A stretch of 64,000 nucleotides of DNA from Octopus sinensis (taxonomy: Eukaryota), in NCBI RefSeq assembly GCF_006345805.1, contig NC_043012.1, forward strand, positions 51,212,001-51,276,000. The letters are read 5' to 3'. Both the position numbers and the translations under genes were made by a program. The notes beneath the pieces were generated by a model that worked only from the letters and a program-made list of their open reading frames with translations, did no database searches and was not told where the DNA came from. Position 1 is the stretch's first letter. Each line of letters starts with the position of its first letter. Shown in pieces: positions 41,421-54,889 of this stretch.

Positions 41421-43364
41421 CTAACTGTAACAAGAGTCAATATCCGATTTAAAGCCACATTAATTCACGTAAATATCTTATACACGCTACATTAATCCAC
41501 ACGAATCTGAACTTCACTTTATACGCTGCATTACCAAAAAGGAATAAAAACTTAAGGTAAAGGAAAATCCTTCGAGATATAACAATACCAGCAATTTACG
41601 GTCATACAAATTGTAGACGTTGTAAACTCTACTACTTGCAACACCCAACACAATCAATATGGCTTAGCTAACTTATCGTCCGAAGATTACCCAAGTTCTT
41701 ATTGCTATCCAAACTCTGTCGCTACTGGACAGGTCTCTAAATATAAAAAATGAGATTGACCCATAGAGCCAATACATATATGTACACAGCGACACTGCAT
41801 TGCTGTTCTACTCGTAAAATTGCGGCTAACTTATTAGATGCGTAACATTTAGTAATTTTGTTAGCTATCAAAGTGACGACGTTCGGCTTATGAAATACAT
41901 ATTCTTCAGTGTGTATAGTAGTGTAACTGTAGCTGCATTAACCATATTTATTTACTCAAAAGCATGGGGGCATTCGAATAAGGAACTGAGTACGACAAAA
42001 CAAAAGGGGGTTTTAGAGTCACAAGTTAAATTATACGTTTTTAATAAGAGTGAACTTGTCTCGATCTAAATCAATTAGTCAAAGTGTTCTAACCGAAATA
42101 TAAGGCGAACTTTCGTACATACTATCCAGAGACCACTCCAAGGGTTAAATATTTAACGTTAGAATTTAATTATGCCGATCATAACCACTTTCCTTTAATT
42201 CTATCATATTAACTTATTCATATGTGAAATATTTCCTGAGACTATAAGGTTTTGAATGAATGTTTTTTTTTTAATTATAGAGATGTAAGTATGCACTTTG
42301 ACAAGGCATACAATTTCTTTTCCGAGATTGCAAATCGAATCTACCCCTTTTGTTCAGATTTGAACATATTACCTGTATGAATATATAATACTAATTTACC
42401 ACCCACCATTTCTACTATGAAGCTGCCCCTTGTGAATTTCATTACATTTCTCATATTAAATTTGTTACAAAATAATCAGTTAAAATTAATGTAGAGTTTA
42501 CATGAGAATAAAGGAGAAAACCGAGAACAAAACGAAAAATAATATCGATAGGTTATTACCAAATCGTTTTCATGAAGATTAAACATTGTATTTAAAGTAC
42601 ATATTGCCTCCAAAGTGAAAACTATTAATACGTTCACATTTTACAGTTCAATGTTCCGTTCTAAGAAATATGTAATATACCAGAATGAAAATGAAAATCT
42701 AATGCAAGGTATTAAGGTAACAATATAATAAATGGTATAGAATTGTGCTATGTTGCAGACATGTCGTAAAAGTAAGAGTTTCTAATGTGAAGCATTGTCT
42801 CATAGGAATCTATCAGTTCTTTGATTTTACATTCGGGAAATTTTAAATACTTTATATAAAGTGTTAGTTCAAGGAGAAGCGCTATTATGTTATTAGAATA
42901 TCAATTTAAATAAATCGTAGTGAATATTAGCTGAGGTTGTTCCATTAATACGACTAAGTTATCGTTTCATGTAACTAAAATTTACATCAATAAATATGAG
43001 AAATATGGCTTCCTACATCTTGTGTTTATTAAAGTTTCCTTATTTTTTGCGATCAACAACACATACAAAGGTGGTCTCCCATCTCTTCAGGCATTTGAGC
43101 TGACTGCATGACATAAAATATCTGACAGGATAAAAAAGTAAGATAGTGATAAAGTTGAAGATGTATGTTCGGACATGAAATACAGATCGGATTTCCAGAC
43201 ACGTTGCAGACATATTTTAAAAATAATAATGAAACATCATGAGAACCAAGTCACTAAAATACGAATTATAAGAGTGAGCAGTTAACTTGAGCAAATTATT
43301 TTATAATGAGCCAAGTGGAAATAGGACAGGGGTTATGCAATTAAAGCATTTTCTTTTAGTTGCA

Positions 43365-44520
43365 TTCATATTGTCCACGATGAAAGCATCAAATTTACCA
43401 ATATCCATATAGAGAACGTGCTACAACTTGATGGCAAATTTGGAGTCCTTGACACTATGCAGTGGCGCCCAGTTCTGGCATTTGTGTAACTCTCGATGCC
43501 AAAGTTAGGGACAAGTTCTTCTAGGATCTTCCAGATGTATATTATGGCATATCTTTCTCGCCTACGCTCTAAGGAATAGAGTCTCAATCTCTTGAGTCTT
43601 TCCCAATAGCTTATATGCTACACAGAGACTATCTTCTTCGTGTAGCTTCGTTGGATCGCCTCAAGTTCTGTGATTAACTTGACACTGGATGGTGACCATA
43701 GCTGAGAGCAATAGTCAAAGTGGCTTAGGACAAGTGTCCTCCAGAGGACCATCATGGTTTCCTGGTCTCTTGTTCTGAAGGTTCTAAGAATCCATCCGGT
43801 CAGCCGCCTACATTTCATTGCCAATTTAGCAACATGCACATGAAAGGTTGCATCATCACTCATGTAAATACCCATGTCTCGCACTGATTATGCCTCTGGG
43901 ATTGCAGTCCCTCCAGGTCCAGTGTATTTATTGGGTATTGCATTTTGCGTGCTGATAGCATAGAGCTTGAAACTTTTCAGCATTGGACGGCATGCTATTC
44001 TTTTCAGCCCACTTGTATATTTTGTCCAGCTCACATTGCAGGTGCTTAGTGTCTTCAGGGTTCTGTATTGCCTGTGAAACTTTTGTATCATCTGCATAAC
44101 TTGTGATCGTGGCTCTCTGCGTGGCTGAAGGCATGTCTGAGAGGGGCATTATGAACAGTAGTGGTCCCAAAACAGTGCCCTGCGGAACACCGCTCACTAT
44201 TTGCGTGTTCGTGGAAGTGGTCCCATTGGCTACTACCACATGTCTTCTATCCTTCAGAAAGCCATGAAGCCATTCTCCCAATTTTCCAACTATACCAAGA
44301 TCACGCAGTTTGTGACAGGATTGCTGGGAATCCATCTGGGCCAGTAGCTGAGTTTGTTTTCATTTCATCAGTAGCCTTTATTACATCGTCTTCCTTTATA
44401 TTGATGTAATCAATCATCGCTGCCTCTGATTTTATATCTGCAGTGGTAAAGAAGTCAGTTGGATTGCTGACTTGAAAATGCCCTAGGGGTGGCGTGAAAA
44501 TACTCTTGAATTGCTCATCT
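43365..44520 (-). mobile_element. CR1/L2-type LINE RT fragment with internal deletion
   Basis: NSATGPDGFPAIL fused directly to CHKLRDLG. Then SGVPQGTVLGPLLF, SYADDTKV, DYCSQLWSP, RLYSLERRRERY. Frameshifts between segments. Confidence 0.92.
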
Positions 44521-45093
44521 AGTATATCATTTAGTATTGTTCATTTAGCATTTCATTTAGTATATATATATATATATATATATTTCTGAGAAGAATACAG
44601 TGTACGTTCAAATACAAAAGAGATACCCGAAGAATAGATACGCTAGAAAGAGCAGTTGAAACTCAAAGCCCCCAATTGTCGTAATTCCGAAAGTGATTGA
44701 AAAATTAAAAAAAGTCTTTATTTTTCAATCACTTTCGGAATTACAACAATTGGTGACTCATTTCTACTTTCTCGGTAGACCACTGGTAACTAGGAATTTT
44801 TCGATGAATATTCTTGCTACCCTAAGATTTAAATTAATGATATATATATATGTATATATAATGATATATATAATGATATATATATATATATTATATATAT
44901 ATATATGTATGTATATAAACACACATACACACACACACCCATATATATTTGTATGTGTACATAGATATGCATGCATGTATATATATGTATGTATATATAC
45001 ACATTTCACCTGCATTTGTATATGTATATGTTTATCGAACTCTCTATTTCTTCCTATGCACACATATACATACATATGCATGTATGTCCAGAC

Positions 45094-45645
45094 TTTATGT
45101 CAGGTCACTTTCGAGTGCTACTGGCAACATGTAACCCAGTACAACCTGTTGCATGGTCGGGTCGTCGGTGACTAAACCGGCAAACTCACCAAGCTTGCTT
45201 GGTGACGAGGGTGTTTATTGGACACCCTGCGGGATGAAAAACAAAACCCGTCAAAGGGTGGAGGAACTTTTGAGAGTCAACGGCCATCCAATAAATGTCT
45301 TAAGGCTATTTCATGCGCGGGGACATAGAAATAATCGGACTGAATACACGATCGCGCGGTTAAACCATTGGGAGTGAAGGACCCCTAGCCTTTGTTAGGG
45401 CATCCTTCTTGGAGAATGTAACTCAGAACTGGGATAACTCCGACATAAAACCTGCAGCTCAGTGGTTACCGATGATGTTGACTTGTTCTTTTCTGATTAT
45501 GGCTGCTGTTGCTTAGTGAGTGGGCTTGACTCAGTGCACAGCCTTTCCTCACTTTAAAAAAATATTCTTGCCCAGGTATTGCACGATAACAACATTGGTT
45601 AACTTTTGTGAAATGGCCATACTCGATAACGAGGGGGCAGCCACC
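45094..45645. mobile_element. 552-bp non-coding, GC-richer insert flanked by a 10-bp direct repeat (putative TSD)
   Basis: ATGTCCAGAC at 45084-45093 and 45646-45655. The block is more GC-rich than the microsatellite flanks and has no convincing ORF. Confidence 0.65.
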
Positions 45646-45792
45646 ATGTCCAGACAAACAGATAGTTAGAAAGAAAGATAAATAGATAGAGCGATACAGG
45701 AAGGAACACACATACACGTGTACGTATATACCAGAGGAGAAAACGTGGCTGATATATACAACTGCTTGCATACTAGTGATAACTACGCTGCT

Positions 45793-45823
<31 letters not shown>

Positions 45824-46008
45824 ATGATGTTGATGTTGATAATGATATCAACAATGACAATATATTTATGGCGGGGGGCATGCCTCTACGTCTTAAGTAC
45901 AAAGAAAAACATATCTAGCTATCTATTGATATATCTATCTCTCTATTCTTCCATCTCTGGCTCTCTCTCTGTCTCGGTCTCTCTGTCTCAGTCTCTCTCA
46001 ATCTATAA

Positions 46009-46062
<54 letters not shown>

Positions 46063-46178
46063 TATATATATATCAATGAGAATTAAAATAAAAACTCAAA
46101 TTAGGCAAATTTTTCTCCATACGCATACATATTTATAAATGTCGTGTAAAAATATTATATATATATATGTATATATAA

Positions 46179-46555
46179 TATTGTTATATTTCGGAATGGT
46201 CATTTTGCCAGTTTAGCCATAAAAACACACGCACTATATATTTGGTGTTATTTTGCTTCAGTGTTATTTATTTTTTACATCAATCTTAATCTTATTTCGG
46301 CCAGATTTCTTTCGTCATACTGTGACCGCATCAGTGGTCCTTTATTTTATTCTTTCTTATTTGTGTTTGACGGTTTGTAAGGAGAGACACAGGACCACTG
46401 ATGCGGTCACAGTATGACGAAAGAACTCTGGCCGAAATAAGATTAAGATTAATGTAAAAAAATAAATAACACTGAAGCAAAATAACACCAAATATATAGT
46501 GCGTATGTTTTTATTGGCTAAACTGGCAAAATGACCATTCCAAAATATAACAATA
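46179..46555. repeat. Long inverted repeat: 163/165-bp arms, 49-bp spacer
   Basis: 46179-46341 vs reverse complement of 46391-46555 differ at only 6 positions by hand alignment. Confidence 0.95.
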
Positions 46556-46723
46556 TGTTTCAACAAACGACTTCACATAAAAAATCTTGCACAACAAATA
46601 TATAAACGTATATATAATATATCATATATATATTTTTTAACAAAATTTAGAAATGTTTATGCGCATGAAAAATTTATATTATATATATATAATATATACA
46701 TATATGTATATACACACATACAT

Positions 46724-46811
<88 letters not shown>

Positions 46812-46962
46812 ATGTGAAATAGAAAGATGAATAATCTTGTAGTAGATTAATCAAAAGTTTAACCGATACCTTTGTAGCAAAAATCACAGCAGTAAACAGC
46901 ACGGTTGGAGGTACAACCATCTGGCGTTGCAACCGTGCGTTGGTGCGGATAATTGAAATTAA

Positions 46963-47059
46963 AACATTATTTGTGAATTGAAGAAATGGAGCTGAACGCA
47001 GATTGAACGATTTCTGTTCAATCTGCGTTCAGCTCCATTTCTTCAATTCACAAATAATG

Positions 47060-47061
<2 letters not shown>
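46963..47061. repeat. Perfect palindrome: 46-bp arms, 7-nt loop
   Basis: AACATTATTTGTGAATTGAAGAAATGGAGCTGAACGCAGATTGAAC-GATTTCT-exact reverse complement. Confidence 0.97.
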
Positions 47062-47092
<31 letters not shown>

Positions 47093-47096
<4 letters not shown>

Positions 47097-47700
47097 AGGG
47101 TTGGATAAAATAATGGAAACACCTAGCATCATAGCATCATAGAAATACCTATAAAACAGTCAAAACCTTGTTTGTTGGTTTTTTTAAAATTTATTATTAG
47201 TGTTGCTTAACATGTTTTGCTAAAATTGCTGTTTCATTTCAGATATCATCAGAGGAAGGTAATTAGAATTCATTAAAACGACAGATGTATTGGACTTTCA
47301 ACGAGGTCAAATTGTTCGTGCCCGTATGGCAATCGCTAGACTAACGAAAAGAGCTGGAATGTTTGGTGTATTAAGAAGTACAGTACTGTCTCTAAAGTAA
47401 TGACAGCCTTTGAGAAAGAGGAAAAAAACCATCTCATCGAAATAAACTCCGGAAAAAAAGCAAAACTTTCAGATAGGATCCATAGGATTCTTAAGCGAGT
47501 GCTTAGAAAGGATCACAAAATTACAGATCCAAAAATTACTGCCGAGCTTAATGACCACCTTGAGAACCGAGTCTCCTCAAGAAACTGTTCACCGGGAGAT
47601 GCCCAAAGCCGGATTTCACGGGAGGGCTGCAATCAGAAAACCACTACTTACAAAAACAAACATTGCAAAACGCTTAGAGTGAAAAAAAACCCTACAGAAC
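47093..47700 (+). mobile_element. Tc1-type transposon, 5' end and N-terminal (HTH) half
   Basis: LDFQRGQIVRARMA, SKVMTAFEKE, KDHKITDPKITAELNDHLE, AGFHGRAAIRKPLLTKTN. Truncated by the SINE at 47715; the catalytic domain is not present. Confidence 0.85.
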
Positions 47701-47714
47701 CCCGATATGTACAA

Positions 47715-48045
47715 GTGGTTTTGTGGTAAGCAGCTTACTTTCCAAACACATGGTTCGGGGTTGAGTCCCACTGCGAGGCATTTGGGCAAGTGTCTTCAAC
47801 TATAGCCTCTGGACGACCAAAGTCTTCTGAGTGGATTTGGTAGACGGAAACTGGAAGAAGCCCGTCATATGTCTGTGTTTGTTACCCCACCATTGCTTGA
47901 CAGCCGATGTTGCTGTGTTTACGTCCTGTCGGTTCGGCAAAAGAGGAAATTAGTACTAGGCTTACAAAGATAAGTCTTGGGGTCGATTTGTTCGACTAAA
48001 GACGGTGCTCCAGCATGGCCGCCACCAAATGAGTGAAACATGTAA
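47715..48045 (+). mobile_element. tRNA-derived SINE, family 3
   Basis: GTGGTAAG...GGGCAAGTGTCTT...GGATTTGGTAGACGGAAACT...GGGGTCGATTTGTTCGACTAAAG...GGTGCTCCAGCATGGCCGC, shared with the 56198-56624 and 56741-56912 copies. Confidence 0.9.
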
Positions 48046-48862
48046 CGAAATACATATATGTATACTATTTTCTCGCGGTTATTTCTACAGATATTCTGTA
48101 GTACACTGATTTCCACTACACTTTTTCGTATCGAGACTTCAGATGTAAACAAACAATATAATCGAAAACAAAATATATATACCACCTAACCCATTATTAC
48201 CTCCGAACACATTGCCTATATAGCCATCGCATACAGCGGTGTTAAGTTATTGGATATACCAATTTACATATTCGACGCATTCCTAGGGTCTGGTGTGTAG
48301 ACATTAATGATCTGTAGATACGTGGTACTTCGCTATGCAAACGTATGATACTAAAAATTATATCGTTTTTATAAATGTTTTTATAGGTCAGCAGTGCTTT
48401 TTACATTATTTTGTTGATGTTATTTCTTCAGATATTCTATACAGAATTTAGCCAGCTCTGATTTTTGCTGCAACGTTCTCTATCGAATTGTCAAACAATG
48501 TGATCGAAGACAAAATTGGTAATGAGTGTATATGCCACATTTCGGGGGCTGTTGCCCCTTCTTCAGCACTCATCCTCTATAGTATATTATATTTGCTTAA
48601 TGAAGTACCATGTACCTACAAATCAGTTATATATGTACACATACATGCACGCATACACACACACACACATATATACGAACTTAGGTATAAATATGCATAT
48701 ACATATGCACATTTCCAGTTCTAAGTAAGTGAACAGTGTATATTTCCACTCCCATGTGAGCGAATATGTATGTACGTGTATATATATATATATTATATAT
48801 ATATAGGATTATACATATATACAAATATAATAATTACATATATGTAGGTGTGTGTCTTTCTT

Positions 48863-48895
<33 letters not shown>

Positions 48896-48949
48896 GATTA
48901 TACATATATACAAACATAATAATTACATGCGTGTGTATATATGTATATA

Positions 48950-49019
<70 letters not shown>

Positions 49020-49796
49020 ATATATTATATATATACGTGTGTGTGTACATTTATATATATATATATGTGTGTGTGTGTGTATGTATACATCGGGAGGTGT
49101 GTGTAGAGACATACATTCATACATTCATGTGTATCAGCGTGAGAGAGATATGGAGAGAGAGAGAGAGGTATAATAAAGTTGATCAGAGAATTGTCACTTG
49201 AACTTTAAATCATTACGTTCCTTAATCACTCCCAATTTGAAATTTATAGTGTTTACTCTAATTATCTAGCATGTGCGCATACGCAAATCATGGACACAGA
49301 GATAATAACGGTTGGTTGATTTAGAGGGAGGGGTATTTCATGACACAAAGCGCAATCTATTAGTAAATATCACCTAATTAATTATTTGATTCTCGACCGT
49401 GAATCAATGACCGTAATATTAACACCACTTAATATATAGAAACGTTTGAACTCAAATCGATACTGGATTCTTAAGTGTGCTCAAATACATAATGGTTCAT
49501 TTGTCTTAAATAAGTTAACCTTCACCATAGTTATTTTCATCTCTTTATATATCATAAATATATCAAATGTCCGTTCAAATGTTGCCATGGAGAATTGCTA
49601 ATGGCCGAGCGAACAGGATGCAGGACAGCTCGCCTAAAGCAATACAGTTCGCTTCCATTTCACCGACGCATTATTTTTAACTCCTTATTGTTTGTGCTAT
49701 TTCTCGTCAGTCACTGGACGGCTCTGAACAGTCGTATGACAAAATACTTTCACTCCGTGTTTTCAAAGGCAATATATATAAATCTTCAATATAGGA

Positions 49797-49958
49797 TTTT
49801 TTTTTTTTTTTTTTGAAGAAGAAGAAGATGATGAGGAAGAAGAAGAAGAAGAAGAAGAAGAAGAAGAAGAAGAAGAAGAAGAAGAAGAGAAGAAGAAGAA
49901 GAAGAAGAAGAAGAAGAAGAAGAAGAAGAAGAAGAAGAAGAAGAAGAAGAAGAAGAAG
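49797..49958. repeat. Poly-T run followed by a (GAA)n array
   Basis: Directly visible. Confidence 0.95.
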
Positions 49959-50229
49959 GTGTTAGTTTGTGATTTTCCAATGATATGGTTGTTATGTTTG
50001 TTCATTACATTCTGATTAAGTTGTTTTCTGAATAAAAGCAGGTCACACGATCGAAACTAAAGACAGGCTTATGTCGTAAAATTGTCTCGTCCTATGATGT
50101 GCGGAAGGAAATGTCGTTCAAAAAGGATTAAGAGAAAGTAAACAGAAATAGAATGAAAATGTATAAATACATATGTGTATGTATGTATATATGTATATAT
50201 GCTTGAATTTATGCATGTTTATATATATA

Positions 50230-51110
50230 TATAAACTTAGACTTAGATAAACTTAGACCAAAGATTGGTCCAGGCCATGTCTAACTTAATAGCACCACCT
50301 GATAGGATTATTCGAATCCTGTTTAAGTCAAGTTTTGTTTATGGTCCATTCAAGTAGTGAGTTTTTGTTGGGTGAGTTGTATCCAATTATGGGTGGCTTA
50401 TCTGGTATTCTTTGAAGGAATCTATCCAGACTCCGTTTAAAGTTGATGGGATCCTTTTCCTATTTGATCTCTTTCGGGACAATGTTAAATAGGGCAGGGC
50501 CTGTTGAGGAAAAGAAATTATGTTGCAGTGTACATGTATGCTGTGATCTTGAATTGGGCAGGGGACGTATGGCCCGTGGTCCCAGTCTTGGATGAACCTT
50601 GAAGCTAATGTTCAGGTCGTTTGGGCAAAGTTGGCGGTATATTCTCCACATCGTACAAATGATGTATCGCTCACAGCGACGCTGGAGAGAGTAGAGTTTC
50701 AAGGCTTTAAGGTGATCCCAATAATCGAGAGCAGCCATGCCTTCAATTCGTTTAGTGAGTGCCCTCTGGGGTGATTCAATCCTCGAGATGTTTTGTCTTG
50801 TATGGGGAGACCACATTGGGTAGCAGTATTCGAGGTGTGGCCGTACAAAGGAGGAGAAAAGTGGTATGATGACACCTTGTTCTCTGGACCGGAAAGTTCT
50901 TAAGATCCAGGAACTCATCCTACGATCTATATCGACCTTCTTGTTGATGTGTGCACTCCAATTGAGATCGTCTTCAACAATTACACCCAGGTCTCTGATA
51001 TTGTTAGAGGATGTGAGCGGTTCCCCTGAAGGAAGAGAGTATGGCTGTTTTAGTGAGGAATTTCTTCCAAAATGCATCAGCTCAAATTTTCCCTCGTTCA
51101 GTTGCATTTT
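50230..51110 (-). mobile_element. 5'-truncated CR1/L2-type LINE 3' end with open ORF
   Basis: ORF 50460-51134: RDLGVIV, WILRTF, VRPHLEYC.PMWSPH, LKLYSLQRRCERY, FFSSTGPALFN. Short tandem tail (CTAAGT-containing on the minus strand) near 50230-50262. The first ~8 codons are microsatellite-derived. Confidence 0.92.
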
Positions 51111-51139
51111 GTGTATATATATATATACATACATATATT

Positions 51140-51365
51140 TGTGTGTGTCTATGCTTGTCCCCCTACCATCGGTTGACTACTGATGCTATTGTTTTTATAT
51201 TCCTGTTAATTAGCGGTTCAGCAAAAGTGAACGATAGCGTAAGTAATAAGGTAGCAAATAATAAATCCTGGAGTCGATTTATTCGACTAAAAGGCAATGC
51301 TGAGCACAGCTGCAGTTAACTGACAGAAACAGTTAAAGTAAAAGAGTAAAGAAGTAAAAAAGAGT
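51140..51365 (+). mobile_element. SINE family 3, 3' half
   Basis: CCATCGGTTGAC...TAGCGGTTCAGCAAAAG...GAGTCGATTTATTCGACTAAAAGG...GTAAAAGAGTAAA tail. Confidence 0.75.
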
Positions 51366-53194
51366 AATATATTCATATATAATTATGTATATATACACAT
51401 ATGTGCATAAATGCATATATACATAGATGTATATATGTTTCTTTATTAACAGATATGTATGCATATAGACGTACACATACATATACATTACCATGTATAT
51501 GTATATATATATGTGTATATATATACATGCATAAATATATATATATATATATCTACGTATGTGTATATATTATATATATATATGTATATATATGTATGTA
51601 TATTTTAGGTATATATACATGTATGGATATGTATATATATAAGTGTGTGTGAATGTATATATATATATATATATATAATATATATAATATATATATATAT
51701 ACGTCTGTGTGTGAATTTGTATTTGTGTATGTCCTTCATAACCACTTGAAAACCAGTGTTGAATTGTCTACCACTTTCTAATCAGTTCGACACAAGAGAC
51801 CGATAGAATATGTTGTAAAAATGTGTTGTGGGGTAAATTCGTTCGACAAAAATGAAAACATAAGGATTATAAAATGATAACATTCAACACTGTACCCAAG
51901 CATGGATGCACTTTAATGGGCGTAGCAAGTTTAAAATATTTTAATGTTATTTACTGCCTTTCAATGTTTGAGTACATTTCTTATGTATTGTTACTCAATC
52001 CTTCATAAATCAACAAATATCTTTATAACCAGATCAAGCGTTCAGTAAAATCCTCAGTGTTTTATATATTTTCTATATTTAAATGTAACTTTCTGCCAAA
52101 GCATACTCCTTGACGATGTTCTACATATTCTTTGACCACTAGATATCACTTATTGATTGTTCTTAAAGTGAAAGATTTAAACCGCAATACCACCTTTCTA
52201 TTCGCCAAATATATACGGAAATATCTTGACTCGAAAGGGATAAAGAAAAACCGTGACTGTCATATCTTATGAAGTCTATTCCATTTCCTTATATGGCACT
52301 TGGTTTAACAGCGGATTCTTTCTACGTAAGAATTCTATTCTAATGCCAATATACGAGCCAGATCCGCTGTATGATATTTCCTCCATGTCATTTGAGACAA
52401 TTGCCGGACCCAGTTAAATTCCTAGTCTCATCACGTTATCACGCTCTTTTACTTGTATATACTTATTGCTAGGACATGTTTCATATAAAAAGTAAATGAA
52501 TTTCAAGGAGTAAGAGCTTAGTATGCAATCTGAAAAAGCAAAGTAGTGTACAATATGAGAAAGTTAAAGAGTTTGAGGTTGTAGGACGCTATATAATAGA
52601 CTTCGCTTGATGACACATAAGCACCGATGAAGTCCATATATAGTTGTTAATTAGAAACGAAATATTTCATAGATAATCGTCACTATAAGGGACAATACAA
52701 TGCCGTGATTAAATCAAAACGCCTACAGTAAAACTATCTGATTCATTATAAAAACACCACTATAGAAATTCCCATGTGTATAGAATTAAAATTAGGAAAA
52801 AAGGTAGTAATTTTGTCTGAGATTTCTTATTAGAATGATAAATTATTCCTGACAGAATGCAATAAGCCAAAGTCGGAACAAATCGAATACCATTCTGTGA
52901 TGTATTTTATTGAAAGAAACATCAAACATATAATATAGATACACGCACACACACACACACACACACACGCACATACACACACACACAGACACACTGTTTC
53001 TCTCACGCACATACAACTACAAAAAGGCATACATATAAATATACATACACACATGCACACATGTATACAGACATGTACACACACATACATACGATATGCG
53101 TGTCTTTGCGTGTCAAGTTATATATGTGTGTATGTGTAGACGCAAGAAGACAGGTATACAAGATATATACATTATTTATTACTTACTCATAAGA

Positions 53195-53232
<38 letters not shown>

Positions 53233-53247
53233 ACATATATATTTATA

Positions 53248-53282
<35 letters not shown>

Positions 53283-53331
53283 ATATATATAAATGTATAT
53301 ATATATATATATATTTTTATATATTATATAT

Positions 53332-53380
<49 letters not shown>

Positions 53381-53852
53381 TATATATATGTAATATAAAG
53401 TGTGACAGAAAGTGATGGGGAGAGGCAGAATTAGAGAGAAGGAGCGTATGTGCACAAAGACTTAACAGATTTGTTCCAAACTGAAGCCATCAATCATGAA
53501 AAAAAAAATTAAATATCTCATCAGTTTTAAAGAAATTCACAAAGAATCTGTGTTAATATGTAGATTGTTTGTTTGTATCACAGACACAACAGTCAACATA
53601 TACACGGTTATTTTCTGCTATCTATATCCTGAAAAAACTACGTAGTAATTTAGAGTGAAACGATCAAACACATAGGATGTATTCTGCAGAAACGCACAAA
53701 ACCACATACGCGTGCATGCACACACACGCACCCACACCACCCCACTCACACGCATACACACACACACAAACACAGACGCACACATCACACACACACACAC
53801 AAACATATATTCAAAAATAAAATGCTACAATTACAGAGATCTATATTGAGGA

Positions 53853-53889
<37 letters not shown>

Positions 53890-54103
53890 AATTGCCTCAG
53901 TATATATTACGGTGAAATTCCTATACAATATTTTGTCACGTGTTTATATACAAAATGTCACAGGAAATATCACGACACCTCACTCTGACAGGAGCTCACG
54001 AAGTACGTACTATGCAAATCTGTTGTGGTGTGTGTGTATACCTAAATAAACACACGCGCACATACCCTTACTCACCAACACACACACACACACACACACA
54101 CAC

Positions 54104-54157
<54 letters not shown>

Positions 54158-54854
54158 TATACATAAAATTAAGATTGTTTGCCAACATATTGTGGCAGTG
54201 CCAGTTGGGATAAATGTTATCTTTGTTTTAGTCTTAGGAAACATCGTCTGCACCTGGCTATACAACATATTCCTGTGTCCTTATATTTTCGAACTAAGGC
54301 GTTAGCACCATCACTCACAACAAAGTCATTTCTCTTCCTCGGCACAGTATGACTGCTCGGCTCAGATGGTGCTGCTAAACACCCATTCGAAAATATATAG
54401 TTTTCAAAGTGATGCACAATCACTCACCTATTAAACGCCCGTCCGAAAATATATAGTGTTCAAAGTGATACGCAATCACTGATCTTCTATATATAAAATG
54501 CCCTCCTTTATAATTCTACCACGTAGGATCTTCAGCAAGATTTTATATACGTAACTTCAGTCTGAGAAATAATTTTTGATTGGAATTTGTTAATCGGAAA
54601 TTGCGTGGGACGCGTTATAGTGTCACGCATACAATCATACATCATACATGTATACGTAATTTATAATCCCTACTCAACATATCGCTGTATTTACATCTTT
54701 ACTACACTGTCTGTAATAATCCCCGCCTGTCATGCCGAATTCTATTCCCAACCGAGGAGGTGTCTTTACTGTTATTGGTGGTGATCCGACATGGACACAG
54801 CATTAGAGCTGAAGCATGCAAAAGAATAGAAAAATAAAACAATACATACATTCC

Positions 54855-54889
<35 letters not shown>

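Noticed and set aside
50460-51134. 224-aa ORF as a host or domesticated gene
   Set aside because: It is the post-RT C-terminus of a 5'-truncated LINE; its start codons come from a flanking microsatellite.
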